Shown one piece after another: positions 1 through 13,300 of a DNA stretch of 64,000 bases (position 1 is its first letter; each line of letters opens with the position of its first letter). The translations under genes and the position numbers were made by a program. Under the pieces are notes generated by a model, which was given only the letters and a program-made list of their open reading frames with translations, was not told the DNA's origin and did no database searches. Source of the stretch: Paraspadella gotoi (lineage: Eukaryota; Animalia; Chaetognatha); assembly GCA_051294375.1 (NCBI GenBank), contig CM119266.1, forward strand, positions 10,803,700 to 10,867,699. The letters run 5' to 3'.

Positions 1-69
1 ACCCACCCCTACCCTATTTCTCCCCCTTTTTTTGCCACTCCACCTTCCACTCCACTCCACGCTTTTCAG

Positions 70-318
70 AGTGGAGCGAAAATCAACAATATCCGACGGA
101 TCGTGTCCGAGCGCATCGTGACTCTGACGGGCGTCACGGACAACATCTGCAAAGCGGCGGCGATGATCTGCAAGAAGTTCGAGGACGACCCTTCAGCAGA
201 TCTCCAGCTCGGGTCTCCCCAAGCCGCCCGTCACTCTGAGGCTCATCGTCCCCGCCGTCGCAAATGCGGATCGCTCATCCGGAAAGGGCGGTTCAAAAAA
301 TCAAAAGAAATCAGGGAG
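70..318 (+). pseudogene. Frameshifted mirror copy of PCBP exon 6233-6475 (probably a redundant, lower-quality assembly copy)
   Basis: Same splice sites (ttttcag| at 69, |gtgagt at 319). 249 nt versus 243 nt, with several single-base indels that break the frame. Confidence 0.75.
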
Positions 319-1652
319 GTGAGTTTTGAAAGTTTATTGGGGGGGTGGAGGGGTGGGGAAGGAAGGGTGTTGGGCCTGGGTGGGTTGGTTATATTATTAT
401 TATTATTTATTCGGTTATTACTCTGGGTTGAAGCTAGGGAATTGGCAGAGTTTAATTAATTTCTTTAAACTCTACTGATTTTTTAAAAAAATAGTTTGTT
501 GATGAAAACAAACAAATAAAAATTAAGGGATGTTTACAAAAACAATCGTTTAAAAAAAAACGGTAAATAAAGTGCAATTCAGGCTATGTCCTGATATATA
601 TCCCGAACAAACCTAACAAATTAAGATTAAACAAACAAACAAAAAATTCATTACATTTTTAAAGAGCTCCTTTTATCGCGCTAAAAAATAGTATCCAACG
701 ACGCTCAGTAAACAAAAATGTTATTTTAGCGAAAAAAGAGACAGCGGGAGAAAAGAAGCGTGTAAAAAAAAAATATAAAAGAAAAGTGAGTTCCCAAAAA
801 AGAACAAGAAGGAAAACAAAAGAAAAAGGAATAAAAAAAAACAAAAGCGCAAGAAACATTTGCAATTCGAAAAGCAGAAGGGAAGGAGAGAAGATGGCGT
901 TGCGATCGGCGGGAAAAAAAAGGGGAGCTAAAGGTGACGGAGATGAGGAGGCGGGATGGAGGAAATGGCGCGGAAAAATTGTCGTTTTCCCGCCGGGACT
1001 GAAAAACTGTTGTTTTCGAACCAACAGCGGTTGTCGGTTTGTCGGCTGGCTGTCAGGAGGTTTGGTCAACCTGTTTTGAGAAGAGTGGATAGCTAAATAT
1101 GAAAAATTGTATACAAGATGGGAGTAAAAAGACTGGTGTTAAATAGTTATTGAAAGCTTACAGGGTCCTGCTATGTTATTATCTTGTAAGAGGGATGGAA
1201 GCCTTAACTCACCCTAGACTGTTTTAAGTCATAGGCAAGACTGTGTGTTTATTGAATGAATAGATAATTTTCTGATTGTGACAATTTCATGACCTTTTCC
1301 ACTTATTACGTATATAGATTGTCTTTTAATATTCATGTCGAAAAAAAAAAACCCTTTTGTTACAAATGAGGTCCTCATTTTTAACCGCCACATTTCACCA
1401 ATTCAAAATCATTTTTATCCATCTTGAATAAGATTCCCCTTTAAGCCCAACATTTTATGTCGCTATAAGAAACGTATCACCACACAAAAAAAAAATCAAA
1501 ATCTCCGTCGTGAATTCAATATTTGATAACTTTCGACAAATAATATATAAAAAAAAAAAGGATACACGAAGTTTAAAGGAAAAGGCGGACGTAAAAAGAG
1601 AAGAAAAAAAGCGAAAAAAGGGAGCAAAAAAAAGAAAAGGGGAGAAAAAAAT

Positions 1653-1717
1653 GGGCGGAAATTGAATTTGATGGAATCTCGCGCCGATAACCGCGGGTTC
1701 GAATCCCATCGCCGCCT
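1653..1717 (+). other. Isolated Pol III B-box in a degenerate tRNA-like remnant (mirror copy at ~4858-4920)
   Basis: GGTTCGAATCCC at 1696-1707, flanked by ggcgg (1654) and ccgcc (~1712). No clear A-box or cloverleaf. Confidence 0.3.
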
Positions 1718-1869
1718 TATCTCTTTTCGGGCCCCAAGTTCATCTTTTCCTCGCGTTATTGCATGCCCTCAGACACTCGGAGCGAAATCGGGGGGGAGAG
1801 TGGGGGGGGGTGAGAGCGAAGGAGGAAAGAATTTCGAGGGTGTCACGTGAGGAGGAACGAAAAGAGGAA

Positions 1870-1912
<43 letters not shown>

Positions 1913-2172
1913 AGAGAGAGAGAAGAGATGAGAGAGAGAGGAGAGAGAGAGAGAGAGGAGAGATACGAAAGAAAGAAGATAGAGAGAGAGATTAATGGCG
2001 TGAAGGGAAAAAGGTGAAAAATAGCTATATAAAGAAAAAAAAAAATCACGAAACTAAATAAATAGGGTAATGTAGAAGAAAAGAGAAGAGAGAGAGAGAG
2101 AGAGCGAATGTAAAGAAACAAAAAAAAGAAAAGGCAACGACATTGGAGGAGAGAGAGAGAGAGATGAGAGAG

Positions 2173-2219
<47 letters not shown>

Positions 2220-3217
2220 CAAGCAAAGGGCGCCGCAATGGGAGGAGGAGGAGGAGGAGGGGAAGAAGGAGAGACGCAACGAAGAAGCGGAGGGGAATAA
2301 AAAGCTCTCGCAGTTATTTTTCACCTTATCAATTATAAATGAGTCCTTGAGGTTCCACACCGAAGAGGACCGACGACGACCGACGACCGACGACGACGAC
2401 GACGACGACGACGATGATGTTGCGGGCCGTTACCAAACACACAACGACGACGACGACGACAGCGACGACGACAACGCCTGTCGAGTCGGATGTGACCTAT
2501 TTTTAGAATCTTAATCTCTTTCGTCTCCGAAGAAATCGCCGCTGACGCCGCCTCCGCCGCTGACGCCGCCTCCGCCGCTGACGCCGCCACGCTGCCGACT
2601 TCGCCGACGTGGCTCCTGGTCGGGCGGAGGCGATTCGACCCCTTTGGATCTGAGCCGTTCCCTTTTGGGGCTGAAAGAAGTTCCGTCTGTTTTGAGTCTA
2701 TGAGCGAGGGACAAAACCATTGCAGTTGTAATTGCGCTTTTGTCAGAATCTGGAAAGAAGGAAAATAACAATAGTAATAGTATATTGTCGACTCTAATTT
2801 AAAAAAGTTAAGTCAAATTGCATTAGTTTTAATTCTTGCGAAGACTCGCGTTTTATAACATCATGGTAACTCAATACCATCTGTTCACGCCGACTATTTT
2901 TTTTTTCTGCCACTTCAAAGGAATTTATCAAACTTTTCTCTTTCCGCGTTATATTTTATTTTAATCTTATATATCCTCCTATCGATATATTTCTAGTTCG
3001 TCGCTCGCGACTTTGATAACTAATAATTTCTTCGTCATAATATATCGCCTTTTTTTTCTTGCTTTATCAGTTTATCATTTTTCAATATTTTTCTAATCGA
3101 TAAAGGTGACGCCTCTGTCAAACGGAGTGTGTTTAGGAGACTCGGGGAGCGGGAGTCACGGGATTAGGGTAGGTTAGATAAAGAAAAAAACCATTGCAAT
3201 ATCCTCTCTCACTCTGT

Positions 3218-3265
<48 letters not shown>

Positions 3266-3990
3266 TCTCTTCTCTCTCTCTCTCTCTCTCTTCTCCCTCT
3301 CTCTCCACGAACCACTTTCACGCTACTAATTTTTGTTTGTNNNNNNNNNNNNNNNNNNNNNNNNNAGACAGAGTGAGAGAGGATATTGCAATGGTTTTTT
3401 CTTTATCTAACCCTACCCTATCCCGTGACTCCCCGCTCCCCGAGTCTCCTAACCACTCCGTTTGACAGAGGCGTCACCTTTATCGATTAGAAAAATATTG
3501 AAAAATGATAAACTGATAAAGCAAGAAAAAAAAGGCGATATATTATGACGAAGAAATTATTAGTTATCAAAGTCGCGAGCGACGAACTAGAAATATATCG
3601 ATAGGAGGATATATAAGATTAAAATAAAATATAACGCGGAAAGAGAAAAGTTGATAAATTCTTTGAAGTGGCAGAAAAAAAAAATAGTCGGCGTGAACAG
3701 ATGGTATTGAGTTACCATGATGTTATAAACGCGAGTCTTCGCAAGAATTAAACTAATGCAATTTGACTTAACTTTTTTAAATTAGAGTCGACAATATACT
3801 ATTACTATTGTTAATTTTCCTTCTTTCCAGATTCTGACAAAAGCGCAATTACAACTGCAATGGTTTTGTCCCTCGCTCAAAGACTCAAAACAGACGGAAC
3901 TTCTTTCAGCCCCAAAGGGAACGGCTCAGATCCAAAGGGGTCGAATCGCCTCCGCCCGACCGAGCCACGTCGGCGAAGTCGGCAGCGGTG

Positions 3991-4040
3991 GCGGCGTCAG
4001 CGGCGGAGGCGGCGTCAGCGGCGGAGGCGGCGTCAGCGGC
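3991..4040 (+). repeat. 18-bp GC-rich tandem repeat (gcggcgtcagcggcggag) x~3; mirror copy at ~2538-2588
   Basis: Directly visible in both arms of the inverted duplication. Confidence 0.8.
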
Positions 4041-4161
4041 GATTTCTTCGGAGACGAAAGAGATTAAGATTCTAAAAATAGGTCACTCGACTCGACAGGC
4101 GTTGTCGTCGTCGCTGTCGTCGTCGTCGTCGTTGTGTGTTTGGTAACCGGCCCCAACATCA

Positions 4162-4211
<50 letters not shown>

Positions 4212-4394
4212 CTCTCCGGTTGTGGAACCTCAAGGACTCATTTATATTGATAAGGTGATAAAATAACTGCGAGAGCTTTTTATTCCCCTCCGCTTCTTCG
4301 TTGCGTCTCTCCTTCTTCCCCCTCCTCCTCCTCCTCCTCCCATTGCGGCGCCCTTTGCTTGTATGTCTCTCTCTCTCTCTCTTCTCTCTCTTCT

Positions 4395-4447
<53 letters not shown>

Positions 4448-4632
4448 ATGTCGTTGCCTTTTCCTTTTTTTGTTTCTTTACATTCGCTCTCTCTCTCTCT
4501 CTCTTCTCTTTTCTTCTACATTACCCTATTTATTTAGTTTCGTGATTTTTTTTTTCTTTATATAGCTATTTTTTCACCTTTTTCCCTTCACGCCATTAAT
4601 CTCTCTCTCTTCTTCTTTCTTTCGTATCTCTG

Positions 4633-4707
<75 letters not shown>

Positions 4708-6232
4708 ACTTCCTCTTTTCGTTCCTCCTCACGTGACACCTCGAAATCTTTCCTCCTTCCTCTCCCCCCCACTCTCCCCCCCCATTTCGCTCCGAGTGTC
4801 TGAGGGCAATGCAATAACGCGAGGAAAAGATGAACTTGGGGCCCGAAACAGAGATAAGGCGGCGATGGGATTCGAACCCGCGGTTATCGGCGCGAGATTC
4901 CATCAATTCAATTTCCGCCCAATTTTTTTCTCCCTTTTCCTTTTTTTTTCTCCCTTTTCCTTTTTTTTTCTCTCTTTTACGTCCGCCTTTTCCTTTTTAA
5001 ACTTCGTGTATCCTTTTTTTTTTTATATTATTTGTCGAAAGTTATCAAATATTGAATTCACGACGGAGATTTTTGATTTTTTTTTTTGTGGTGATACGTT
5101 TCTATAGCGACATAAAATGTTGGGTTAAAGGGGAATCGTTTATCAAGATGGATAAAAATGATTTTGATTGGTGAATGTGGCGGTTAAAAATGAGGACCTC
5201 ATTTGTAACAAAAGGGTTTTTTTTTTTCGACATGAATATTAAAAGACAATCTCTATACGTAATAAGTGGAAAGGTCATGAAATTGTCACAATAGAAAATT
5301 ATCTATTCATTCAATAAACACACAGTCTTGCCTATGACTTAAAACAGTCTAGGGTGAGTTAAGGCTTCCATCCCTCTTACAAGATAATAACATAGCAGGA
5401 CCCTGTAAGCTTTCAATAACTATTAACACCAGTCTTTTACTCCCATCTTGTATACAATTTTTCATATTTAGCTATCCACTCTTTCTCAAAACAGTTGACC
5501 AAACCTCCCTGACAGCCAGCCGACAAACCGACAACCGCTGTTGGTTCGAAAACAACAGTTTTTCAGTCCCGGCGGGAAAACGACAATTTTTCCGCGCCAT
5601 TTCCTCCTCTTCCTCCTCATCTCCGTCACCTTTAGCTCCCCCTTTTTTTTCCCGCCGATCGCAACGCCATCTTCTCTCCTTCCCTTCTGCTTTCGAATTG
5701 CAAATGTTTCTTGCGCTTTTGTTTTTTTTTATTCCTTTTCTTTTGTTTTCCTTCTTGTTCTTTTTTGGGAACTACTTTTCTTTATATTCTTTTTTTTACA
5801 CGCTTTCTTTTCTCCCGCTGTCTCTTTTTCGCTAAAATAACATTTTTGTTTACTGAGCGTCGTTGGATACTATTTTTAGCCGATAAAAGGAGCTCTTTAA
5901 AATGTAATGAATTTTTGTTTGTTTGTTTAATCTTAATTTGTTAGGTTTTGTCGGGATATATATCAGGACATAGCCTGAATTGCACTTTATTTACGTTTTT
6001 TTTTAACGATTGTTTTTGTAAACATCCTTAATTTTTTTGTTTGTTTTCATCAACAAACTATTTTTTTAAAAAATCAGTAGAGTTTAAAAGAAATTAATTA
6101 AACTCTGCCAATTCCCTAGCTTCAACCAGAGTAATAACCGATAATAATAATAATAATATAACCAACCCACCCAGGCCCAACCACCTTCCCTTCCCCCACC
6201 CCTCCACCCCCCCAATAAACTTTCAAACTCAC

Positions 6233-6475
6233 CTCCCTGATTTCTTTGATTTTTGAACCGCCCTTTCCGATGAGCGATCCGCATTGCGACGCGGGGACGA
6301 TGAGCCTCAGAGTGACGGGCGGCTTGGGGAGACCCGAGCTGGAGATCTGCTGAAGGTCGTCCTCGAACTTCTTGCAGATCATCGCCGCCGCTTTGCAGAT
6401 GTTGTCCGTGACGCCCGTCAGAGTCACGATGCGCTCGGGACACGATCCGTCGGATATGTTGATTTTCGCTCCACT
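6233..6475 (-). CDS. PCBP: Internal coding exon of a poly(rC)-binding protein (PCBP/alphaCP/mub family): C-half of KH1, linker, N-half of KH2
   Basis: 243 nt, phase 0-0, bounded by ttttcag| and |gtgagt. Translates without a break as SGAKINISDGSCPERIVTLTGVTDNICKAAAMICKKFEDDLQQISSSGLPKPPVTLRLIVPASQCGSLIGKGGSKIKEIRE. PPVTLRLIVPASQCGSLIGKGG is the PCBP KH2 signature with the GxxG loop. Confidence 0.95.
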
Positions 6476-8598
6476 CTGAAAAGCGTGGAGTGGAGTGGAA
6501 GGTGGAGTGGCAAAAAAAGGGGGAGAAATAGGGTAGGGGTGGTTGAAAAGAAGGGTGAGTGGGCGGAGGTATTTGCGTTGTGAAATGTGAATGCGAGATG
6601 TTTGCGGTAAAAGGTAAGTAGGGAAGTGAGTTGGTGGTAAGGAAAAAGCGAAGGGGCGATATAATAAATTGAATACTTTTTAATTGAACTTAAAAAATTG
6701 TCAAACAACACAAAGAAAACATCCTTCTCCAGATTCCTTCTCATGGTTGTCAAATATACTACGATAAAAAAGAGAGAGAGAGAGAGGCACACCCACCGTC
6801 TTGCTCTTCCCAATCTACCCACCACGTCAGGCGCGAACGAGCGAATTTCCCCTCAGCCTGATTTTCATGGCGACATTAAAATTCTCTCTCTAAAGAATCG
6901 AAAACGAAAATTTCATTTGACGTTTTTTTTTTGTTGGCGAACGATTGCGGGGAATAAAGGGTCATCGGTGGAGGTTATCGTCGGTCGTTTACCGCAAAAT
7001 TGGTCATCGTTGTGGTTGTCGACGGCTGGGTTGGCGTCGTCGTCCTCGTCGTCGTCGTCGTCGTCACCGCCGCTGTTTTGTCGGATCGAACGACCGGAAA
7101 AAGGAGATCGAATTTTAATTTAGAAAAAGAAAAATTTATTTTTTTTCCTCCCGTTTTTCAATCGCTCTCTTTTTTTTTTTTAATTACGCAAGAAGCTATC
7201 GACCAAACCTTAAAAAAAAAAAATAAAAAATAAAAAAAGAGATTAGGAAACATAAAAAAAATAATGGCGAATAAAAGGGAATAATTAAAAAAAGGAAAAA
7301 AAACTTCATCTTTATTTCTAAAAAAAAGTCGTGTTTTTTTTTGGGGGGGGGAGAGGTTGGTTTTAAACATGGGCGTTTGTGCTTTTAACGTCCGACGGAA
7401 ATGACGCCGACGTTTTTCTGTCAGCGACATTAAACATTAATCGCAGACCTAAAAGAGAGAGAAAAAAGAAAAAGACAAACGCGAAATTTTTTTTGGCTTC
7501 GAAACTTCGATTGGTTTTTTTTTCCGAGTTCGTTTTCTGGTGGAAATGGAAAAAAGTTGGCGTCGTAGGTGGGAGGGGTTGGTGGCGATAAGGGGGCGTG
7601 GAGGGCAATGGTAGAGGGAGCCGCTTAGAATTGACGGTGTCAAACGTGAGATATTAGATTTAGTGAAAAATGAAATGCTTAAGATTTTAGTTTGGAGTGG
7701 CAGAGGTACCAATCTGATATTAAAAGTGATCATCGAGAGATAATTTAGTGAAAAAAAAATTTGTTTTCCTTTCTCTTTCTCTAGCTCTTTTTGAAAATGT
7801 AACGTTGACAATATGTGGGCGTGGCCGAGTATTGGAACGCGTAATTCCAATAGATAACAGTTGAAGTGAAAAAATAAAATACTCAAGTCCACTCAGTTAA
7901 TTTTTGTTTCGTCTTCGTCGTCGTCGCAGCCGCCGTGGTCGTCAACTCTGCCGCAACATTTAGCGTCACCTCGTCGCCTCATTTTACGAGTCTTAAACTC
8001 GAGTTTCGTTTCTTTTTTCCGGCGGAGAAATTTTAGCGTCATAATTCGCACGAGTTTTGTCGTTTTATTGTCGTTTTATCTTTTTTGTTTGACGTCAGAG
8101 TCATTTCCGGTTTATTAGTTGTTTTTCGTTTAGTTCTTTAATCAAGAGGAGTCGTCGTCGTCTTCGTCGTCGTCGTCGTCGTCGTCGTCGTCTTTGTTAT
8201 TTCCTGTTTGTTAATTTGCGACTTCGCTTGACGTGCCGATGGGATAAATTAACAAAACATTCCATACTTTAATTTAAACTCCAGTTCAGTCTGATTAACG
8301 CATTAGAAGCGTCTCGTCATAAATTTTATATCATACATATTTCGTTTCTCTGCTTTTCTGCTTTACTGACTCTCTCACCGCTTGCTCTTCCCCACTTTCT
8401 GTCAAAGAGGCTTCTCGCTGTTGACAATGTTGTCTTCTCTCTTCGATCGCTCTTCCGTCTCTCTCTCTCTGACCGCCGAACTGAACGGACGCACAGATCT
8501 GATCCCTCTGATTTTTTTTTTTTTCACAATTTCGGGACTTAGGAATAAACGACTGAAAAATCAGCCCCGGTACGGGTTGGCCGTGTACCGAGGAAACC

Positions 8599-10080
8599 AT
8601 GGTCGCCACTCGGGCCAAAAATTGGAAAAAAACTAAAGAAATAATCCGAGCGAACAGTGAAAGAACTATAGGAAATGTTGAAAACCGAAATATAATTGAA
8701 ATCTTTAAATCCCTAAATGAATTTAACAAAAATGAACTTTTAAAACCAACTTCAACGAAATCCAAAACCAAGAACACTGTGTCAAGACGATATGGAAGCC
8801 ATACTCTTCGACTGAGATTTAACCTCACCTATCCGTGAGTGAAATTACGCGAAAAAGGAAGCAGCCTGATCAAGTGAACATGCAAATGAGTAAGTCACCC
8901 AGGCCTGACTTTATTAACAAGAACAAACTTGGAAATGGTTCTACAACTCCTCAGTTGCTAAAACAGTCTCAAACCAAAAATGATACCAAAAATCTCTCCA
9001 TCATTCCTCTCTACCAACTGTCCCGACTCAATTAAAAATCACGGCTAAACTTAGCTCAATTTGTACAGGAATCGTACATTGGCACAGGCTCTGTAAGTGA
9101 AGCTAAGCTCATGAGTAGCCGGAGAACATCGTAATCACGGTCACGACTGAAAAGACTTTAATTCCGTTCTAAGAAAAGAAAATTGGTCCCAGTCAAAATT
9201 AATAATATGTTCCAAGACTGAGCTCTTCTAGAAAATGCGTTACGAAGTTTTCTAGTGATGCGGCAGCGTCGAACCGGAAATGGATGTGGAAAACATAAAA
9301 AGAATTCACAAAACAAGGTTTTGGTATCACGTCAAATAACACAGAATGTCGTCCTCTTCAAAAAATGAGAGAGTTCTTGGAATGTTAAGGTGGGTTTTAA
9401 GCTCAAACAGAAGCAGCTGAACAGGCTGATGAAAGAAGGCTTTAAAATGTACTTTAAGAAATACAATTTGTAGAATACAACGTAAGCCTCAGCTCTGCAG
9501 TGCTATCGTTGCCAAAAAATTTGGCCATGGTAGTAGACAACTGTCATGAAACTGTGAACACTTTGTCTTCGGTGGGCAGTGGCAACCATAACCACCAAAG
9601 AATGTAAATCTCTTACTCTTAAATGCCTCAAATTGCGCGGAGAACACACATCCAACTCACGTCCAGTGTAACATTCTCCTAGAAGCTAACAAAACTATCA
9701 AAGACAAATCCACTCATGAACGTCCTTCCCCTATCAAAAACGCCACATACTCAAGCAGAGTTAAAGCAAGCCAACGTTTCATTTTCGGACGCCGATCTCA
9801 CTAACATTTTTTACAGCCACGGCCTGCTTGGCGAGAGAAATGTCCATTAATGATAAGGCTAACTTAACCGACTCATCCTTTGGACAACTAACAGAGAAAG
9901 CCCTGAAAAGCCTCAAGAGACAAAGCGATGTTTCTTGGGAACAAATCTCCCGATGGTGAATCCTTTTTCCAAACCCCTCGTCAACTGTTCCATCAAACTC
10001 TCCATACACTGAGAGTGTCACAACACCACAGGAAAAGATACGCCCAGGAAAACAACAATGCATCAAAAAATTGGGGCTGA
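8599..10080 (+). pseudogene. LINE ORF1 (gag-like, CCHC zinc knuckles), disrupted
   Basis: ATG at 8599 (MVATRAKNWKK). CYRCQK..GH at 9501, followed by LCLR..GNH.TKECKSLTLKCL..GEHTSNSR at ~9560-9665, readable only across frameshifts. The 3' end is approximate. Confidence 0.7.
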
Positions 10081-10301
10081 TATTTCATGTCAGAGTTCAT
10101 GATGCTGTCGCAAAAGAATTTCCAAAACAATACTTCGTCTGATCATTGTTTCCCTACCTCACCACAAATCGGCATAGAAACACGGAGGGCAGGAGTCTTG
10201 GCGAGAAGCCTTCCAAAAGAGCCTATAAATCCATCAAAAAACCCAAGCCCAGAAATCTACAAAAACAGAGTGCTTCTGACAAAACTGAAACCCGACAAGT
10301 A

Positions 10302-13300
10302 ATGGATCCTGACCAGCACAGCATTGACATTTTTCCTTTTTTAAATACCAACCGGGTAATCCATCCAGAACACTAACTGAATCTAAAAAGACCGCATTAG
10401 TGAGTCCTTTCTACAGAACAAAACAATTATTTTAGTTTTTAATCGACATTCGCAACTCAGAATAATTGATACCTTAAACATTCCTGATTTCTACATTCTT
10501 GATAAAAATGACTCTGAAAACCCACATCAGCGAGTGGAGTCTGCATTGGCATTCCAAAAGAATTCTCTATTCGTGAATTGGAGCTAAAGCACAGTTTCAA
10601 TGAAGGTTCATAGCCAGAGATTCAATCGCTGAAGGGGAAAACTTTTGTTGTTGGAAAATGTATACCATCCATGTAAATTGATGCCAGAAAAATTCATAAA
10701 ACTATGGAGAGAGATAGCTCAAAAAAAAAGATCATGACTCAACTCTCCATCCCATTACATTGGAGCAAGAACAGATTCACAGGAGGCGCGAGCAACTTGT
10801 TGGGACATAAATCACAAAGTATCAAGCTTCATCGTTACATAAGGATTCCTATGCCTATCAATTCAGCAAATTCAATGGTGATGGAATCTCTTTAGACTAT
10901 GTTTTCCTGTATCAAGAAACTGCAGCCAAATTTCAGAATTACAAGTTTTAGATGATGTTGGGAGTGATCACCCTCTAGTGTCACCACTTTAGGTATGGAA
11001 AAACAACAATGTAAAAAATAATATAATCAGAAGAATTAAATTAATGACCAAAATCGCTCTACATGTAACACTAAGTTTTATGATTTTTACTCACGGGTGA
11101 TACCTGGAGCTTAAAAAGACGACTCGATGTGACACGAAGTTTGGAAACCGTGGACAAAAAATACATACAAAATCGAAATCCGAATGTGACTATGAGAGGT
11201 AAACTGTAGAACCTTGGAATCATGGCTGTAGTTGTCAAGTTGCAACCTTGGAAACAATTAAAAGTAAACGGAGAAATGGCAAAGCTCAAAAACGACAATA
11301 GTACTTCCCACCATTTGACAAACATTGGACTAAACCGAAGCGAAAGGATAGAAGGAGAGGAAAAAATTCAAGCTTTATTTTCACGAGAGTTAAGAGAAAA
11401 TTAATAAAAGATTGAATATCGTCATGAAAAAATATTTGCCGAAAAAATTGAAAATGGAAAGAGCTAGTGGAAAAAAAATGGAAACTTAATTAATTAAAAT
11501 TATTGGTAAAAATCGTGAAGTGACCACAGGCTGACTGGCATGTGGAAGAAAAAAACGGCTCATTACACACAGAATAAAAAGAAAAAACTCGCACAGTCTT
11601 TCTGCCGCACTGAAAACGAGATGACTGATGTCGCACAACTGCCTGAAGCAAATAGAAACAATCAATGTTTTTGCGGAAAGAAAATTTCAGGACAGCATTA
11701 GGAAAAAACACATTTTTAAACCAATAAACAAATATTAGCCATTCAGAAATAACAACGACATGCAACATTGATTTTGTATTAGAATGTATAAAAAACCTTA
11801 AAAATATAACAAATCCGCAACCTAGACAAAGGATTGGAGATCACATCCATCGATAGATGATGACGAGTCTACCTACCTTAGGATATTACTCTGTACAGTT
11901 TTTCTATGGGTGCGATGTGGTTCAGACTCAATGACAAACTGCATTGCTGACTGGAGTACTTCCCTAAAAGCGTGGAAGCATATCATAAATTTTTGGAATG
12001 CTCCAACCGGGCAAAAAAAATCCTACAGATTAAAGGCTGTCCATTAAAAGTTACCACCCATGAAAGTATAGATATCCGTAACTGGCAAAATATTAGAAAG
12101 TCATTTAAAAATCAACTTGGTCAAGGAGACAAATACAACTCTCCTTTATGAGTCCACTTCAGTCTGTACTTACGTGCGAAGGAAGATCAGCCCAAGACAA
12201 ATGTTTTAAGATTGGTGAAGATATTAACTTGGAGGGTTTTAGCGTGAACAAGAGGAATGTGTGCTCACAAGTGGCTGTTTGCCTCCTGCTGAAGATTTTT
12301 CTGTCGTTTCAACTCAATGTGAGTGACGGCCGACTTATCTCTAACAAAATGGTATCAAGCGCAGAGAGTATTTCGGAGGAATACTTAAGAATTTATTACA
12401 TCCTGGTAATACTAAAATAGAACATTAGCTAAGAATGAATGTCGTTAGGAGGTCACTTCGGGTTTCAAAAAAACGGTTATTCTTCATCAAAATAATATGG
12501 ATTGCTGCCCCACAGGGAGCAATACTCAAGGGCCCACGATGTTCCAACCTCTTTTACAATTGTATGTGGAGGACCTTCCACCACAGAAAAACGTTGTGTT
12601 TCTCAATCATCACAGAAGAGGGCAAGAAGTATGCCGTGATACGATTTCAATTTAATAGGGCCTTCAAGTCGGCCAGAAACCTACATGAGTAAAAAAATAA
12701 AACTTCCAGCCCGTCCTCAACAAGATTTTTCAAATCGTTGGTGTGAAACATGGGAACTTTCAACTGTTACCCCCAGGTCAGATCCATTTGTAGCCACTGT
12801 CTTTAGTAAGATTTGTCCAAGAATTATCTAAAAGGAAGACAATATTGATACTTTACATTGGGCCCATGATAAATCGTTGCACAATGGAGATAATGGAATT
12901 TAAATTACTTGGAATGATACTAGACCCGAAAACTTTAATGTGGCGGTACTAAGTTGAATAAATCAATTAAAATTGAAACACAAAGCCCAAAAAAAACCAA
13001 AAAATACTTGCGGAATTATAAAATCAAAACCGGGAAAAACATGGGCCTAGCGTGAAACACTCGTGCGCGAGGACGGATTAACTTTCATCACCAGGTGTTT
13101 CCAAGTGAGTTATACTAAAGCTCCAGTGCAAGTCCATTCCAATATGTTTCGTCGATCATTCACTCTCAATGTTCGTGTTTTGCGAACTGCCTCGACCGAT
13201 AGTTCTGCTAGATATCCACCAATATGGGGTTCCACTAAGAATTGCATACAGACACAATCATTCATTCTTTGGCGTTGGCTTATCACGATTTTTACTTAGC

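Larger units (their letters stand above)
1..6543. repeat. Large inverted duplication, arms ~1-3225 and ~3366-6543, centred on a 25-N gap (3341-3365)
   Basis: Arms are reverse complements throughout, e.g. 1-120 vs ~6425-6543 and 3121-3225 vs ~3366-3470. Differences are mostly 1-nt indels and microsatellite lengths. The duplication probably continues beyond the left edge of the window. Confidence 0.95.

Noticed and set aside
103-459. Second functional PCBP paralog on the plus strand
   Set aside because: Near-identical to the minus-strand copy including intron sequence, but frameshifted; it is part of the inverted duplication.
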